From assembly GCA_002269645.1 (NCBI GenBank), contig NIVC01000246.1, positions 68,769-132,768 of the forward strand: a stretch of 64,000 bases of DNA, in the 5' to 3' direction. The notes beneath the pieces are model-generated. The model saw only the letters and a list, made by a program, of their open reading frames with translations. It did not search any database and was not told where the DNA came from. This document shows, one piece after another, positions 50,001 to 64,000 of the stretch. The stretch is from Macrostomum lignano. Its lineage: Eukaryota. Every line of letters starts with the position of its first letter. The first letter of the stretch is position 1. Both the position numbers and the translations under genes were made by a program.

Positions 50001-51475
50001 ATTCCGGCCGGGATGAGTCATCACGATGACTCAAATGCTTATCATCCAACCCCACTCCCCCCGCGCACCAACTGCACCTCTTTTCTGTTGTTAGAAATAA
50101 TTCATGCGTGTGACAGTTTTATGACCACTTATCTCCCCAAGTGGTTACGTAATCCCATAATTAAATCCCATCAAATCCCACTTCTCTATCATAAAAAAAT
50201 TCTTCACCGTGCGCCCCACCCCAATTTCTCGTCCAGTCGCAGCGTGGCTAGCCAGTGACGTCATCAGGGTTGCTTGGTAATGGAGGTCAGGGACAAGTAA
50301 CGACTCACGTGATCACATGACGAGTGATCTCAGCAGGGCTATACACGTAAATAGGAACCCGTTTTGAGCCCTCAGACACAACACCTCGATCGGGACCTGT
50401 ACTCGTTTCACTAGTTTCCGTCCCTTGTGTTGTTTTCACGCGAGACCGAACCTTCCCCGGTAAACTCAGTACCGGAACCGCCGATCTCCCCCTATAGGAC
50501 CAAGTTTAGTTTCCCCTAAATACTTTGCATGATTGCTCCTAGATCTTCAGGATCCTCCCCAATAGGCACCCGCTAAATGTCCTCTCCTCCCCGTCTTTGC
50601 GACCTCCCCTGACACCTGTCTCGTTAGTGGGAGTTTTTACCGGGTGTACTCCCGCACAGGGATCTCGGTCGCAAGCGCCAGCTACCGCACCATCCAGAGG
50701 TGGACAAAGTCTGGGGGGCCGGGGGGGCGAGGCCTGGCGGCTGTATACTCTCTTCAGCGCCAGAGAGCCCAGGGGTTTGCGCAGGTATTCTCATGCCTAG
50801 TAGCATAGTAGCTAATTAGATGCTTATGATGCAATTAGTAAGTCTTTCCGTTACGTTACTGTTCGATTATTCGGCTAAACACGATTACATGTAGCAAGTT
50901 GTTGATCCTGAAAGTTTCAATTTAGAGTTCAGTTTCTAGTTAATCTACTTCCTCCTGAATAAAAGTCAAATGTGGATTGATTTGCATGTACATATATACC
51001 AGCCATATAATAGGGATAAGTATATAATCAAAATCTATCTAATGGTACATAATAATTGCTACAGAAAGCAGAATCGTTTCTTATCTTGTCTCACCTCTCT
51101 CCCTCTCTTTAGCTCTCTCTTCTCTTTCTCAACTTGCGTACATCTGCTGCCAATGGCAACGGCTAAAGCTAGAGTTGAGCTCAGCAGAGGGCTCTATAGG
51201 CTCTGGCTGTAATTACGTTCACAAAAACCTGCCAGTAGCGCAACCCCACGAGTGCACTCAGCCGCAGGGGCATTGCTATTTGTTGCACAGCGAGTGCAGC
51301 AGGCTAAAGCAAATAGAAAATGAAGCAATTCAAACTGCTACGCTGGGTGACAGACTGGCATACTTTCGAGTACACAGTTACTCAATAAAGCTTGACGCTC
51401 ACTCCTTGGCGACCGCGTTCGCACTCCTACTACTCTCGCCCCCAGTGACTCGCCAAATACAGCACTGCTGCAGCC

Positions 51476-51625
51476 ATGTCTGAGTCTGACTATGTAAGTA
51501 TCAAGTTATGGATTATCAAGAATGATTAAAATATGAGAAGTAATCCACTGCGTCATCACTGCAGATACCGCAGGAGCGCATTGACGAAGCTGTGGAGTGC
51601 GGATTCACCGAGGACGAGGCCAGAG
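51476..51625 (+). CDS. First two coding exons of a gene with a possible N-terminal UBA-like motif; remainder outside the window
   Basis: ATG 51476-51493|GTAAGT, then CTGCAG|51565-51625|GTGGGT; product MSESDYIPQERIDEAVECGFTEDEARG resembles UBA helix-MGF-helix. Confidence 0.5.
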
Positions 51626-51744
51626 GTGGGTGGAAAACCAAAGAGGCTTCCAACGAATTGTTTTGCTTGTAAAATTCTATGAAATGGAAATAAATATTTC
51701 CATAAATATTTTCACAAATTTCATTATTAACAAAGCATGTGCCT

Positions 51745-54700
51745 CACAACCACGTCCTTGACACCACAACCACATCCGTAGAAGCCATCACAAAGTCCTC
51801 TGACACCACAACCACATCCGTAGACGCCGTCACAACCACGTCCTCTGACACCACAACCACATCCGTAGAAGCCATCACAACCACGTCCTCTGACACCACA
51901 ACCACATCCGTAGAAGCCATCACAACCACGTCCTCTGACACCACAACCACATCCGTAGAAGCCATCACAACCACATCCCTTAGAAGCCATCCATCCTAGA
52001 CATCACAACCACATCCGTAGAAGCCATCACAACCACATCCCTTAGAAGCCATCACAACCACATCCGTAGAAGCCATCACAACCACACCACAACCACATCC
52101 GTAGAAGCCATCACAACCACTTAGAAGCCATCCTCCGTAGAAGCCATCACAACCACACCACAACCACATCCGTAGAAGCCATCACAACCACATCCCTTAG
52201 AAGCCATCACAACCACATCCGTAGAAGCCATCACAACACATAGAAGCCATCACAACCCTTAGAAGCCATCACAACCACATATCCTTAGAAGCCATCACAA
52301 CCACATCCCTTAGAAGCCATCACAACCACATCCGTAGAAGCCATCACAACCACATCCCTTAGAAGCCATCACAAACCACATCCGTAGAAGCCATCACAAC
52401 CACATCCGTAGAAGCCATCACAACCACATCCCTTAGAAGCCATCACAACCACATCCGTAGAAGCCATCACAACCACATCCCTTAGAAGCCATCACAAACA
52501 CATCCGTAGAAGCCATCACAACCACATCCCTTAGAAGCCATCACAAACACATCCGTAGAAGCCATCACAACCACATCCGTAGAAGCCATCACAACCACAT
52601 CCCTTAGAAGCCATCACAACCACATCCTTAGAAGCCATCACAACCACATCCTTAGAAGCCATCACAACACATCCGTAGAAGCCATCACAACCACATCCTT
52701 AGAAGCCATCACAAACACATCCGTAGAAGCCATCACAACCACATCCTTAGAAGCCATCACAACCACATCCCTTAGAAGCCATCACAACCACATCCGTAGA
52801 AGCCATCACAACCACATCCCTTAGAAGCCATCACAACCACATCCTTAGAAGCCATCACAACCACATCCTTAGAAGCCATCACAACCACATCCCTTAGAAG
52901 CCATCACAACCACATCCTTAGAAGCCATCACAACCACATCCCTTAGAAGCCATCACAACCACATCCTTAGAAGCCATCACAACCACATCCCTTAGAAGCC
53001 ATCACAACCACATCCTTAGAAGCCATCACAACCACATCCTTAGAAGCCATCACAACCACATCCTTAGAAGCCATCACAACCACATCCCTTAGAAGCCATC
53101 ACAACCACATCCCTTAGAAGCCATCACAACCACATCCTTAGAAGCCATCACAACCACATCCTTAGAAGCCATCACAACATATCCTTAGAAGCCATCACAA
53201 CCATATCCCTTAGAAGCCATCACAACCATATCCTTAGAAGCCATCACAACCACATCCCTTAGAAGCCATCACAACCATATCCTTAGAAGCCATCACAACC
53301 ACATCCCTTAGAAGCCATCACAACCATATCCTTAGAAGCCATCACAACCACATCCCTTAGAAGCCATCACAACCATATCCTTAGAAGCCATCACAACCAC
53401 ATCCTTAGAAGCCATCACAACCATATCCTTAGAAGCCATCACAACCACATCCCTTAGAAGCCATCACAACCATATCCTTAGAAGCCATCACAACCACATC
53501 CTTAGAAGCCATCACAACCATATCCTTAGAAGCCATCACAACCACATCCCTTAGAAGCCATCACAACCATATCCTTAGAAGCCATCACAACCACATCCTT
53601 AGAAGCCATCACAACCATATCCTTAGAAGCCATCACAACCACATCCTTAGAAGCCATCACAACCATATCCTTAGAAGCCATCACAACCACGTCCTTAGAA
53701 GCCATCACAACCACATCCCTTAGAAGCCATCACAACCACATCCTTAGAAGCCATCACAACCATATCCTTAGAAGCCATCACAACCATATCCCTTAGAAGC
53801 CATCACAACCACATCCCTTAGAAGCCATCACAACCACATCCCTTAGAAGCCATCACAACCATATCCTTAGAAGCCATCACAACCATATCCTTAGAAGCCA
53901 TCACAACCATATCCCTTAGAAGCCATCACAACCATATCCTTAGAAGCCATCACAACCATATCCTTAGAAGCCATCACAACCATATCCTTAGAAGCCATCA
54001 CAACCATATCCTTAGAAGCCATCACAACCACATCCTTAGAAGCCATCACAACCATATCCTTAGAAGCCATCACAACCACATCCTTAGAAGCCATCACAAC
54101 CATATCCTTAGAAGCCATCACAACCACATCCTTAGAAGCCATCACAACCATATCCTTAGAAGCCATCACAACCATATCCTTAGAAGCCATCACAACCATA
54201 TCCTTAGAAGCCATCACAACCATCCTTAGAAGCCATCACAACCATATCCTTAGAAGCCATCACAACCACATCCTTAGAAGCCATCACAACCATATCCTTA
54301 GAAGCCATCACAACCACATCCTTAGAAGCCATCACAACCATATCCTTAGAAGCCATCACAACCATATCCTTAGAAGCCATCACAACCACATCCTTAGAAG
54401 CCATCACAACCACATCCTTAGAAGCCATCACAACCATATCCTTAGAAGCCATCACAACCATATCCCTTAGAAGCCATCACAACCATATCCTTAGAAGCCA
54501 TCACAACCATATCCTTAGAAGCCATCACAACCATATCCTTAGAAGCCATCACAACCATATCCCTTAGAAGCCATCACAACCATATCCTTAGAAGCCATCA
54601 CAACCATATCCTTAGAAGCCATCACAACCATATCCTTAGAAGCCATCACAACCATATCCTTAGAAGCCATCACAACCATATCCTTAGAAGCCATCACAAC

Positions 54701-57700
54701 CATATCCTTAGAAGCCATCACAACCATATCCTTAGAAGCCATCACAACCACATCCTTAGAAGCCATCACAACCACATCCTTAGAAGCCATCACAACCATA
54801 TCCTTAGAAGCCATCACAACCACATCCTTAGAAGCCATCACAACCACATCCTTAGAAGCCATCACAACCACATCCTTAGAAGCCATCACAACCACATCCC
54901 TTAGAAGCCATCACAACCACATCCGTAGAAGCCATCACAACCATATCCCTTAGAAGCCATCACAACCACATCCCTTAGAAGCCATCACAACCATATCCTT
55001 AGAAGCCATCACAACCATATCCTTAGAAGCCATCACAACCACATCCCTTAGAAGCCATCACAACCATATCCTTAGAAGCCATCACAACCATATCCTTAGA
55101 AGCCATCACAACCATATCCTTAGAAGCCATCACAACCATATCCTTAGAAGCCATCACAACCATATCCTTAGAAGCCATCACAACCATATCCCTTAGAAGC
55201 CATCACAACCATATCCCTTAGAAGCCATCACAACCATATCCTTAGAAGCCATCACAACCATATCCTTAGAAGCCATCACAACCATATCCTTAGAAGCCAT
55301 CACAACCACATCCCTTAGAAGCCATCACAACCATATCCTTAGAAGCCATCACAACCACATCCCTTAGAAGCCATCACAACCATATCCTTAGAAGCCATCA
55401 CAACCACGTCCTTAGAAGCCATCACAACCATATCCTTAGAAGCCATCACAACCATATCCCTTAGAAGCCATCACAACCATATCCTTAGAAGCCATCACAA
55501 CCATATCCTTAGAAGCCATCACAACCACATCCCTTAGAAGCCATCACAACCATATCCTTAGAAGCCATCACAACCACATCCCTTAGAAGCCATCACAACC
55601 ATATCCTTAGAAGCCATCACAACCACATCCCTTAGAAGCCATCACAACCATATCCCTTAGAAGCCATCACAACCACATCCGTAGAAGCCATCACAACCAT
55701 ATCCTTAGAAGCCATCACAACCACATCCTTAGAAGCCATCACAACCATATCCTTAGAAGCCATCACAACCACGTCCTTAGAAGCCATCACAACCACATCC
55801 TTAGAAGCCATCACAACCACATCCTTAGAAGCCATCACAACCACATCCTTAGAAGCCATCACAACCACATCCTTAGAAGCCATCACAACCACATCCTTAG
55901 AAGCCATCACAACCACATCCCTTAGAAGCCATCACAACCATATCCTTAGAAGCCATCACAACCACGTCCTTAGAAGCCATCACAACCATATCCTTAGAAG
56001 CCATCACAACCATATCCCTTAGAAGCCATCACAACCATATCCTTAGAAGCCATCACAACCACGTCCTTAGAAGCCATCACAACCATATCCTTAGAAGCCA
56101 TCACAACCATATCCTTAGAAGCCATCACAACCACATCCTTAGAAGCCATCACAACCATATCCTTAGAAGCCATCACAACCACATCCTTAGAAGCCATCAC
56201 AACCATATCCTTAGAAGCCATCACAACCACATCCTTAGAAGCCATCACAACCATATCCTTAGAAGCCATCACAACCACATCCTTAGAAGCCATCACAACC
56301 ATATCCTTAGAAGCCATCACAACCATCCTTAGAAGCCATCACAACCATATCCTTAGAAGCCATCACAACCACATCCTTAGAAGCCATCACAACCATATCC
56401 TTAGAAGCCATCACAACCACATCCCTTAGAAGCCATCACAACCACATCCTTAGAAGCCATCACAACCATATCCTTAGAAGCCATCACAACCACATCCTTA
56501 GAAGCCATCACAACCATATCCTTAGAAGCCATCACAACCACATCCTTAGAAGCCATCACAACCATATCCTTAGAAGCCATCACAACCATATCCTTAGAAG
56601 CCATCACAACCATATCCTTAGAAGCCATCACAACCATATCCTTAGAAGCCATCACAACCATATCCTTAGAAGCCATCACAACCATATCCTTAGAAGCCAT
56701 CACAACCATATCCTTAGAAGCCATCACAACCACATCCTTAGAAGCCATCACAACCATATCCTTAGAAGCCATCACAACCACATCCTTAGAAGCCATCACA
56801 ACCATATCCTTAGAAGCCATCACAACCACATCCTTAGAAGCCATCACAACCACATCCTTAGAAGCCATCACAACCACATCCTTAGAAGCCATCACAACCA
56901 TATCCTTAGAAGCCATCACAACCACATCCTTAGAAGCCATCACAACCACATCCTTAGAAGCCATCACAACCACATCCCTTAGAAGCCATCACAACCATAT
57001 CCTTAGAAGCCATCACAACCATATCCTTAGAAGCCATCACAACCACATCCTTAGAAGCCATCACAACCATATCCTTAGAAGCCATCACAACCACATCCTT
57101 AGAAGCCATCACAACCATCCTTAGAAGCCATCACAACCACATCCTTAGAAGCCATCACAACCATATCCTTAGAAGCCATCACAACCATATCCTTAGAAGC
57201 CATCACAACCATATCCTTAGAAGCCATCACAACCATATCCTTAGAAGCCATCACAACCATATCCTTAGAAGCCATCACAACCACATCCTTAGAAGCCATC
57301 ACAACCATATCCTTAGAAGCCATCACAACCACATCCTTAGAAGCCATCACAACCATATCCTTAGAAGCCATCACAACCACATCCTTAGAAGCCATCACAA
57401 CCATATCCTTAGAAGCCATCACAACCACATCCTTAGAAGCCATCACAACCATATCCTTAGAAGCCATCACAACCATCCTTAGAAGCCATCACAACCATAT
57501 CCCTTAGAAGCCATCACAACCACATCCTTAGAAGCCATCACAACCATATCCTTAGAAGCCATCACAACCACATCCCTTAGAAGCCATCACAACCATATCC
57601 TTAGAAGCCATCACAACCATATCCTTAGAAGCCATCACAACCACATCCTTAGAAGCCATCACAACCACATCCTTAGAAGCCATCACAACCATATCCTTAG

Positions 57701-60700
57701 AAGCCATCACAACCATATCCTTAGAAGCCATCACAACCATATCCTTAGAAGCCATCACAACCATATCCTTAGAAGCCATCACAACCATATCCTTAGAAGC
57801 CATCACAACCATATCCCTTAGAAGCCATCACAACCATATCCTTAGAAGCCATCACAACCATATCCTTAGAAGCCATCACAACCATCCTTAGAAGCCATCA
57901 CAACCATATCCTTAGAAGCCATCACAACCACATCCCTTAGAAGCCATCACAACCATATCCTTAGAAGCCATCACAACCATATCCTTAGAAGCCATCACAA
58001 CCACATCCTTAGAAGCCATCACAACCATATCCTTAGAAGCCATCACAACCATATCCTTAGAAGCCATCACAACCACATCCTTAGAAGCCATCACAACCAT
58101 ATCCTTAGAAGCCATCACAACCACATCCTTAGAAGCCATCACAACCACATCCCTTAGAAGCCATCACAACCATATCCTTAGAAGCCATCACAACCATATC
58201 CTTAGAAGCCATCACAACCACATCCCTTAGAAGCCATCACAACCATATCCTTAGAAGCCATCACAACCATATCCTTAGAAGCCATCACAACCACATCCTT
58301 AGAAGCCATCACAACCATATCCCTTAGAAGCCATCACAACCATATCCTTAGAAGCCATCACAACCATATCCTTAGAAGCCATCACAACCACATCCCTTAG
58401 AAGCCATCACAACCATATCCTTAGAAGCCATCACAACCATATCCCTTAGAAGCCATCACAACCATCCCTTAGAAGCCATCACAACCATATCCTTAGAAGC
58501 CATCACAACCATCCTTAGAAGCCATCACAACCATATCCTTAGAAGCCATCACAACCATATCCTTAGAAGCCATCACAACCATATCCTTAGAAGCCATCAC
58601 AACCACATCCCTTAGAAGCCATCACAACATATCCTTAGAAGCCATCACAACCACGTCCTTAGAAGCCATCACAACCACATCCTTAGAAGCCATCACAACC
58701 ATATCCCTTAGAAGCCATCACAACCATATCCTTAGAAGCCATCACAACCACTTAGAAGCCATCACAACCACATCCTTAGAAGCCATCACAACCACATCCT
58801 TAGAAGCCATCACAACCACATCCTTAGAAGCCATCACAACCATCCTTAGAAGCCATCACAACCACATCCCTTAGAAGCCATCACAACCATATCCTTAGAA
58901 GCCATCACAACCATATCCTTAGAAGCCATCACAACCACATCCTTAGAAGCCATCACAACCACATCCCTTAGAAGCCATCACAACCACATCCTTAGAAGCC
59001 ATCACAACCACGTCCTTAGAAGCCATCACAACCACATCCCTTAGAAGCCATCACAACCACGTCCTTAGAAGCCATCACAACCATATCCTTAGAAGCCATC
59101 ACAACCATATCCCTTAGAAGCCATCACAACCACATCCCTTAGAAGCCATCACAACCACATCCTTAGAAGCCATCACAACCACATCCTTAGAAGCCATCAC
59201 AACCACGTCCTTAGAAGCCATCACAACCACATCCTTAGAAGCCATCACAACCATATCCTTAGAAGCCATCACAACCATATCCTTAGAAGCCATCACAACC
59301 ACGTCCTTAGAAGCCATCACAACCATATCCTTAGAAGCCATCACAACCATATCCTTAGAAGCCATCACAACCATATCCTTAGAAGCCATCACAACCATAT
59401 CCTTAGAAGCCATCACAACCACATCCTTAGAAGCCATCACAACCATATCCTTAGAAGCCATCACAACCACATCCTTAGAAGCCATCACAACCACATCCTT
59501 AGAAGCCATCACAACCACATCCTTAGAAGCCATCACAACCATATCCTTAGAAGCCATCACAACCATATCCTTAGAAGCCATCACAACCATATCCTTAGAA
59601 GCCATCACAACCACATCCCTTAGAAGCCATCACAACCATATCCTTAGAAGCCATCACAACCACATCCCTTAGAAGCCATCACAACCACATCCCTTAGAAG
59701 CCATCACAACCATATCCTTAGAAGCCATCACAACCACATCCGTAGAAGCCATCATAACCACGTCCGTAGAAGCCATCACAACCACATCCCTTAGAAGCCA
59801 TCACAACCATATCCTTAGAAGCCATCACAACCATATCCTTAGAAGCCATCACAACCACGTCCTTAGAAGCCATCACAACCATATCCTTAGAAGCCATCAC
59901 AACCATATCCTTAGAAGCCATCACAACCATATCCTTAGAAGCCATCACAACCATATCCTTAGAAGCCATCACAACCATATCCTTAGAAGCCATCACAACC
60001 ATATCCTTAGAAGCCATCACAACCATATCCTTAGAAGCCATCACAACCATATCCTTAGAAGCCATCACAACCATATCCTTAGAAGCCATCACAACCATAT
60101 CCTTAGAAGCCATCACAACCATATCCTTAGAAGCCATCACAACCATATCCTTAGAAGCCATCACAACCACATCCCTTAGAAGCCATCACAACCATATCCT
60201 TAGAAGCCATCACAACCACATCCCTTAGAAGCCATCACAACCATATCCCTTAGAAGCCATCACAACCATATCCTTAGAAGCCATCACAACCATATCCTTA
60301 GAAGCCATCACAACCACATCCCTTAGAAGCCATCACAACCATATCCTTAGAAGCCATCACAACCATATCCTTAGAAGCCATCACAACCACATCCTTAGAA
60401 GCCATCACAACCATATCCCTTAGAAGCCATCACAACCATATCCTTAGAAGCCATCACAACCATATCCTTAGAAGCCATCACAACCATATCCTTAGAAGCC
60501 ATCACAACCACGTCCTTAGAAGCCATCACAACCATATCCTTAGAAGCCATCACAACCATATCCCTTAGAAGCCATCACAACCATATCCTTAGAAGCCATC
60601 ACAACCATATCCTTAGAAGCCATCACAACCATATCCTTAGAAGCCATCACAACCATATCCTTAGAAGCCATCACAACCACATCCTTAGAAGCCATCACAA

Positions 60701-63700
60701 CCACATCCTTAGAAGCCATCACAACCATATCCTTAGAAGCCATCACAACCATATCCCTTAGAAGCCATCACAACCATATCCTTAGAAGCCATCACAACCA
60801 TATCCTTAGAAGCCATCACAACCATATCCTTAGAAGCCATCACAACCATATCCTTAGAAGCCATCACAACCACATCCTTAGAAGCCATCACAACCATATC
60901 CTTAGAAGCCATCACAACCATATCCTTAGAAGCCATCACAACCACATCCTTAGAAGCCATCACAACCATATCCTTAGAAGCCATCACAACCATATCCTTA
61001 GAAGCCATCACAACCATATCCTTAGAAGCCATCACAACCACATCCCTTAGAAGCCATCACAACCATATCCTTAGAAGCCATCACAACCACATCCTTAGAA
61101 GCCATCACAACCATATCCTTAGAAGCCATCACAACCATATCCTTAGAAGCCATCACAACCATATCCCTTAGAAGCCATCACAACCATATCCTTAGAAGCC
61201 ATCACAACCACGTCCTTAGAAGCCATCACAACCATATCCTTAGAAGCCATCACAACCATATCCTTAGAAGCCATCACAACCATATCCTTAGAAGCCATCA
61301 CAACCATATCCTTAGAAGCCATCACAACCACATCCTTAGAAGCCATCACAACCATATCCTTAGAAGCCATCACAACCATATCCTTAGAAGCCATCACAAC
61401 CACATCCCTTAGAAGCCATCACAACCATATCCTTAGAAGCCATCACAACCATATCCCTTAGAAGCCATCACAACCACATCCTTAGAAGCCATCACAACCA
61501 CATCCTTAGAAGCCATCACAACCACGTCCTTAGAAGCCATCACAACCATATCCTTAGAAGCCATCACAACCATATCCCTTAGAAGCCATCACAACCATAT
61601 CCTTAGAAGCCATCACAACCACGTCCTTAGAAGCCATCACAACCATATCCTTAGAAGCCATCACAACCATATCCTTAGAAGCCATCACAACCACATCCTT
61701 AGAAGCCATCACAACCACATCCTTAGAAGCCATCACAACCACATCCTTAGAAGCCATCACAACCATATCCTTAGAAGCCATCACAACCACATCCTTAGAA
61801 GCCATCACAACCACATCCGTAGAAGCCATCACAACCATATCCGTAGAAGCCATCACAACCACATCCTTAGAAGCCATCACAACCACGTCCTTAGAAGCCA
61901 TCACAACCATATCCTTAGAAGCCATCACAACCACATCCTTAGAAGCCATCACAACCATATCCTTAGAAGCCATCACAACCATATCCTTAGAAGCCATCAC
62001 AACCACATCCGTAGAAGCCATCACAACCACATCCGTAGAAGCCATCACAACCACATCCGTAGAAGCCATCATAACCACATCCCTTAGAAGCCATCACAAC
62101 CATATCCCTTAGAAGCCATCACAACCATATCCTTAGAAGCCATCACAACCACGTCCTTAGAAGCCATCACAACCATATCCTTAGAAGCCATCACAACCAT
62201 ATCCCTTAGAAGCCATCACAACCATATCCTTAGAAGCCATCACAACCACATCCCTTAGAAGCCATCACAACCACATCCGTAGAAGCCATCACAACCACAT
62301 CCGTAGAAGCCATCACAACCACATCCGTAGAAGCCATCACAACCACATCCGTAGAAGCCATCATAACCACGTCCGTAGAAGCCATCACAACCACATCCCT
62401 TAGAAGCCATCACAACCATATCCCTTAGAAGCCATCACAACCATATCCTTAGAAGCCATCACAACCACGTCCTTAGAAGCCATCACAACCATATCCTTAG
62501 AAGCCATCACAACCATATCCCTTAGAAGCCATCACAACCATATCCTTAGAAGCCATCACAACCATATCCTTAGAAGCCATCACAACCACGTCCTTAGAAG
62601 CCATCACAACCATATCCTTAGAAGCCATCACAACCACATCCCTTAGAAGCCATCACAACCATATCCTTAGAAGCCATCACAACCATATCCTTAGAAGCCA
62701 TCACAACCATATCCTTAGAAGCCATCACAACCATATCCTTAGAAGCCATCACAACCATATCCTTAGAAGCCATCACAACCACATCCCTTAGAAGCCATCA
62801 CAACCATATCCTTAGAAGCCATCACAACCACATCCCTTAGAAGCCATCACAACCATATCCCTTAGAAGCCATCACAACCATATCCTTAGAAGCCATCACA
62901 ACCATATCCCTTAGAAGCCATCACAACCACATCCCTTAGAAGCCATCACAACCATATCCTTAGAAGCCATCACAACCATATCCTTAGAAGCCATCACAAC
63001 CACATCCCTTAGAAGCCATCACAACCATATCCTTAGAAGCCATCACAACCATATCCTTAGAAGCCATCACAACCATATCCCTTAGAAGCCATCACAACCA
63101 TATCCCTTAGAAGCCATCACAACCATATCCTTAGAAGCCATCACAACCATATCCCTTAGAAGCCATCACAACCATATCCCTTAGAAGCCATCACAACCAT
63201 ATCCTTAGAAGCCATCACAACCATATCCTTAGAAGCCATCACAACCATATCCTTAGAAGCCATCACAACCACATCCCTTAGAAGCCATCACAACCACATC
63301 CGTAGAAGCCATCACAACCACATCCCTTAGAAGCCATCACAAACACATCCGTAGAAGCCATCACAACCACATCCGTAGAAGCCATCACAAACACATCCGT
63401 AGAAGCCATCACAACCACATCCCTTAGAAGCCATCACAACCATATCCTTAGAAGCCATCACAACCATATCCTTAGAAGCCATCACAACCACATCCCTTAG
63501 AAGCCATCACAACCACATCTGTAGAAGCCATCACAACCACATCCGTAGAAGCCATCATAACCACGTCCGTAGAAGCCATCACAACCACATCCCTTAGAAG
63601 CCATCACAACCATATCCTTAGAAGCCATCACAACCACGTCCTTAGAAGCCATCACAACCATATCCTTAGAAGCCATCACAACCATATCCCTTAGAAGCCA

Positions 63701-64000
63701 TCACAACCATATCCTTAGAAGCCATCACAACCACGTCCTTAGAAGCCATCACAACCATATCCTTAGAAGCCATCACAACCATATCCTAAAGCCATCACAA
63801 CAATCTTAGAGCATCACAACCATATCTTAGAAGCCATCACAACCACATCCCTTAGAAGCCATCACAACCATATCCCTTATAAGCCATCACAACCACATCC
63901 GAGACCGGTCACAACCACATCCGTAGAAGCCATCAACAACCACATTCTATCCAAAGCCATCACAACCACATCCGTAGAAGCCATAACACCAATCCTTAGA
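51745..64000. repeat. 24/25-bp satellite (ATATCCTTAGAAGCCATCACAACC), roughly 500 copies, running past the window end
   Basis: Continuous array; C/T and CC/CCC variants; explains all MVVMASKD ORFs. Confidence 0.98.

Noticed and set aside
50230-50600. LTR- or promoter-like segment
   Set aside because: No second copy, TG..CA ends or internal retroelement coding sequence identified.
51727-63685. Many MVVMASKD ORFs on the minus strand
   Set aside because: Products of the 24-bp satellite; frames are broken repeatedly by CC/CCC variants.

Overview
Eukaryotic (animal) genomic DNA with GC-rich exons, AT-rich spacers and a different minisatellite in many introns. By inference it resembles a flatworm such as Macrostomum; this is not verified. 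Genes assembled by hand from splice signals and reading-frame phase: a secreted PAN/Apple + C-type lectin protein, a Gly/Arg-rich ORF, a solitary histone H4 with its 3' stem-loop, a mucin-like Kazal protein, HDAC1/2 (4 exons), a 9-exon type I membrane CAP/SCP-EGF protein, an equilibrative nucleoside transporter (4 exons), a universal stress protein (2 exons), and the first two exons of a possible UBA-like gene followed by a >12 kb 24-bp satellite. Mobile DNA: a decayed Ty3/Gypsy pol fragment, a decayed APE-RT LINE, foldback and MITE elements, SINE and mariner relics, and a 3.05 kb Mutator-like foldback element in HDAC intron 1 (9-bp TSD, 186-bp tandem TIR arrays) carrying a spliced Ulp1/C48 protease. 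Other notable signals: a minisatellite made of tandem copies of an HDAC splice acceptor that each lead to an immediate stop, an intron made almost wholly of (TAC)n, an inferred GC-AG intron, orphan histone stem-loops, RFX X-boxes, and two single-base homopolymer frameshifts that look like assembly errors. No database searches were run; gene models are unconfirmed by transcripts.
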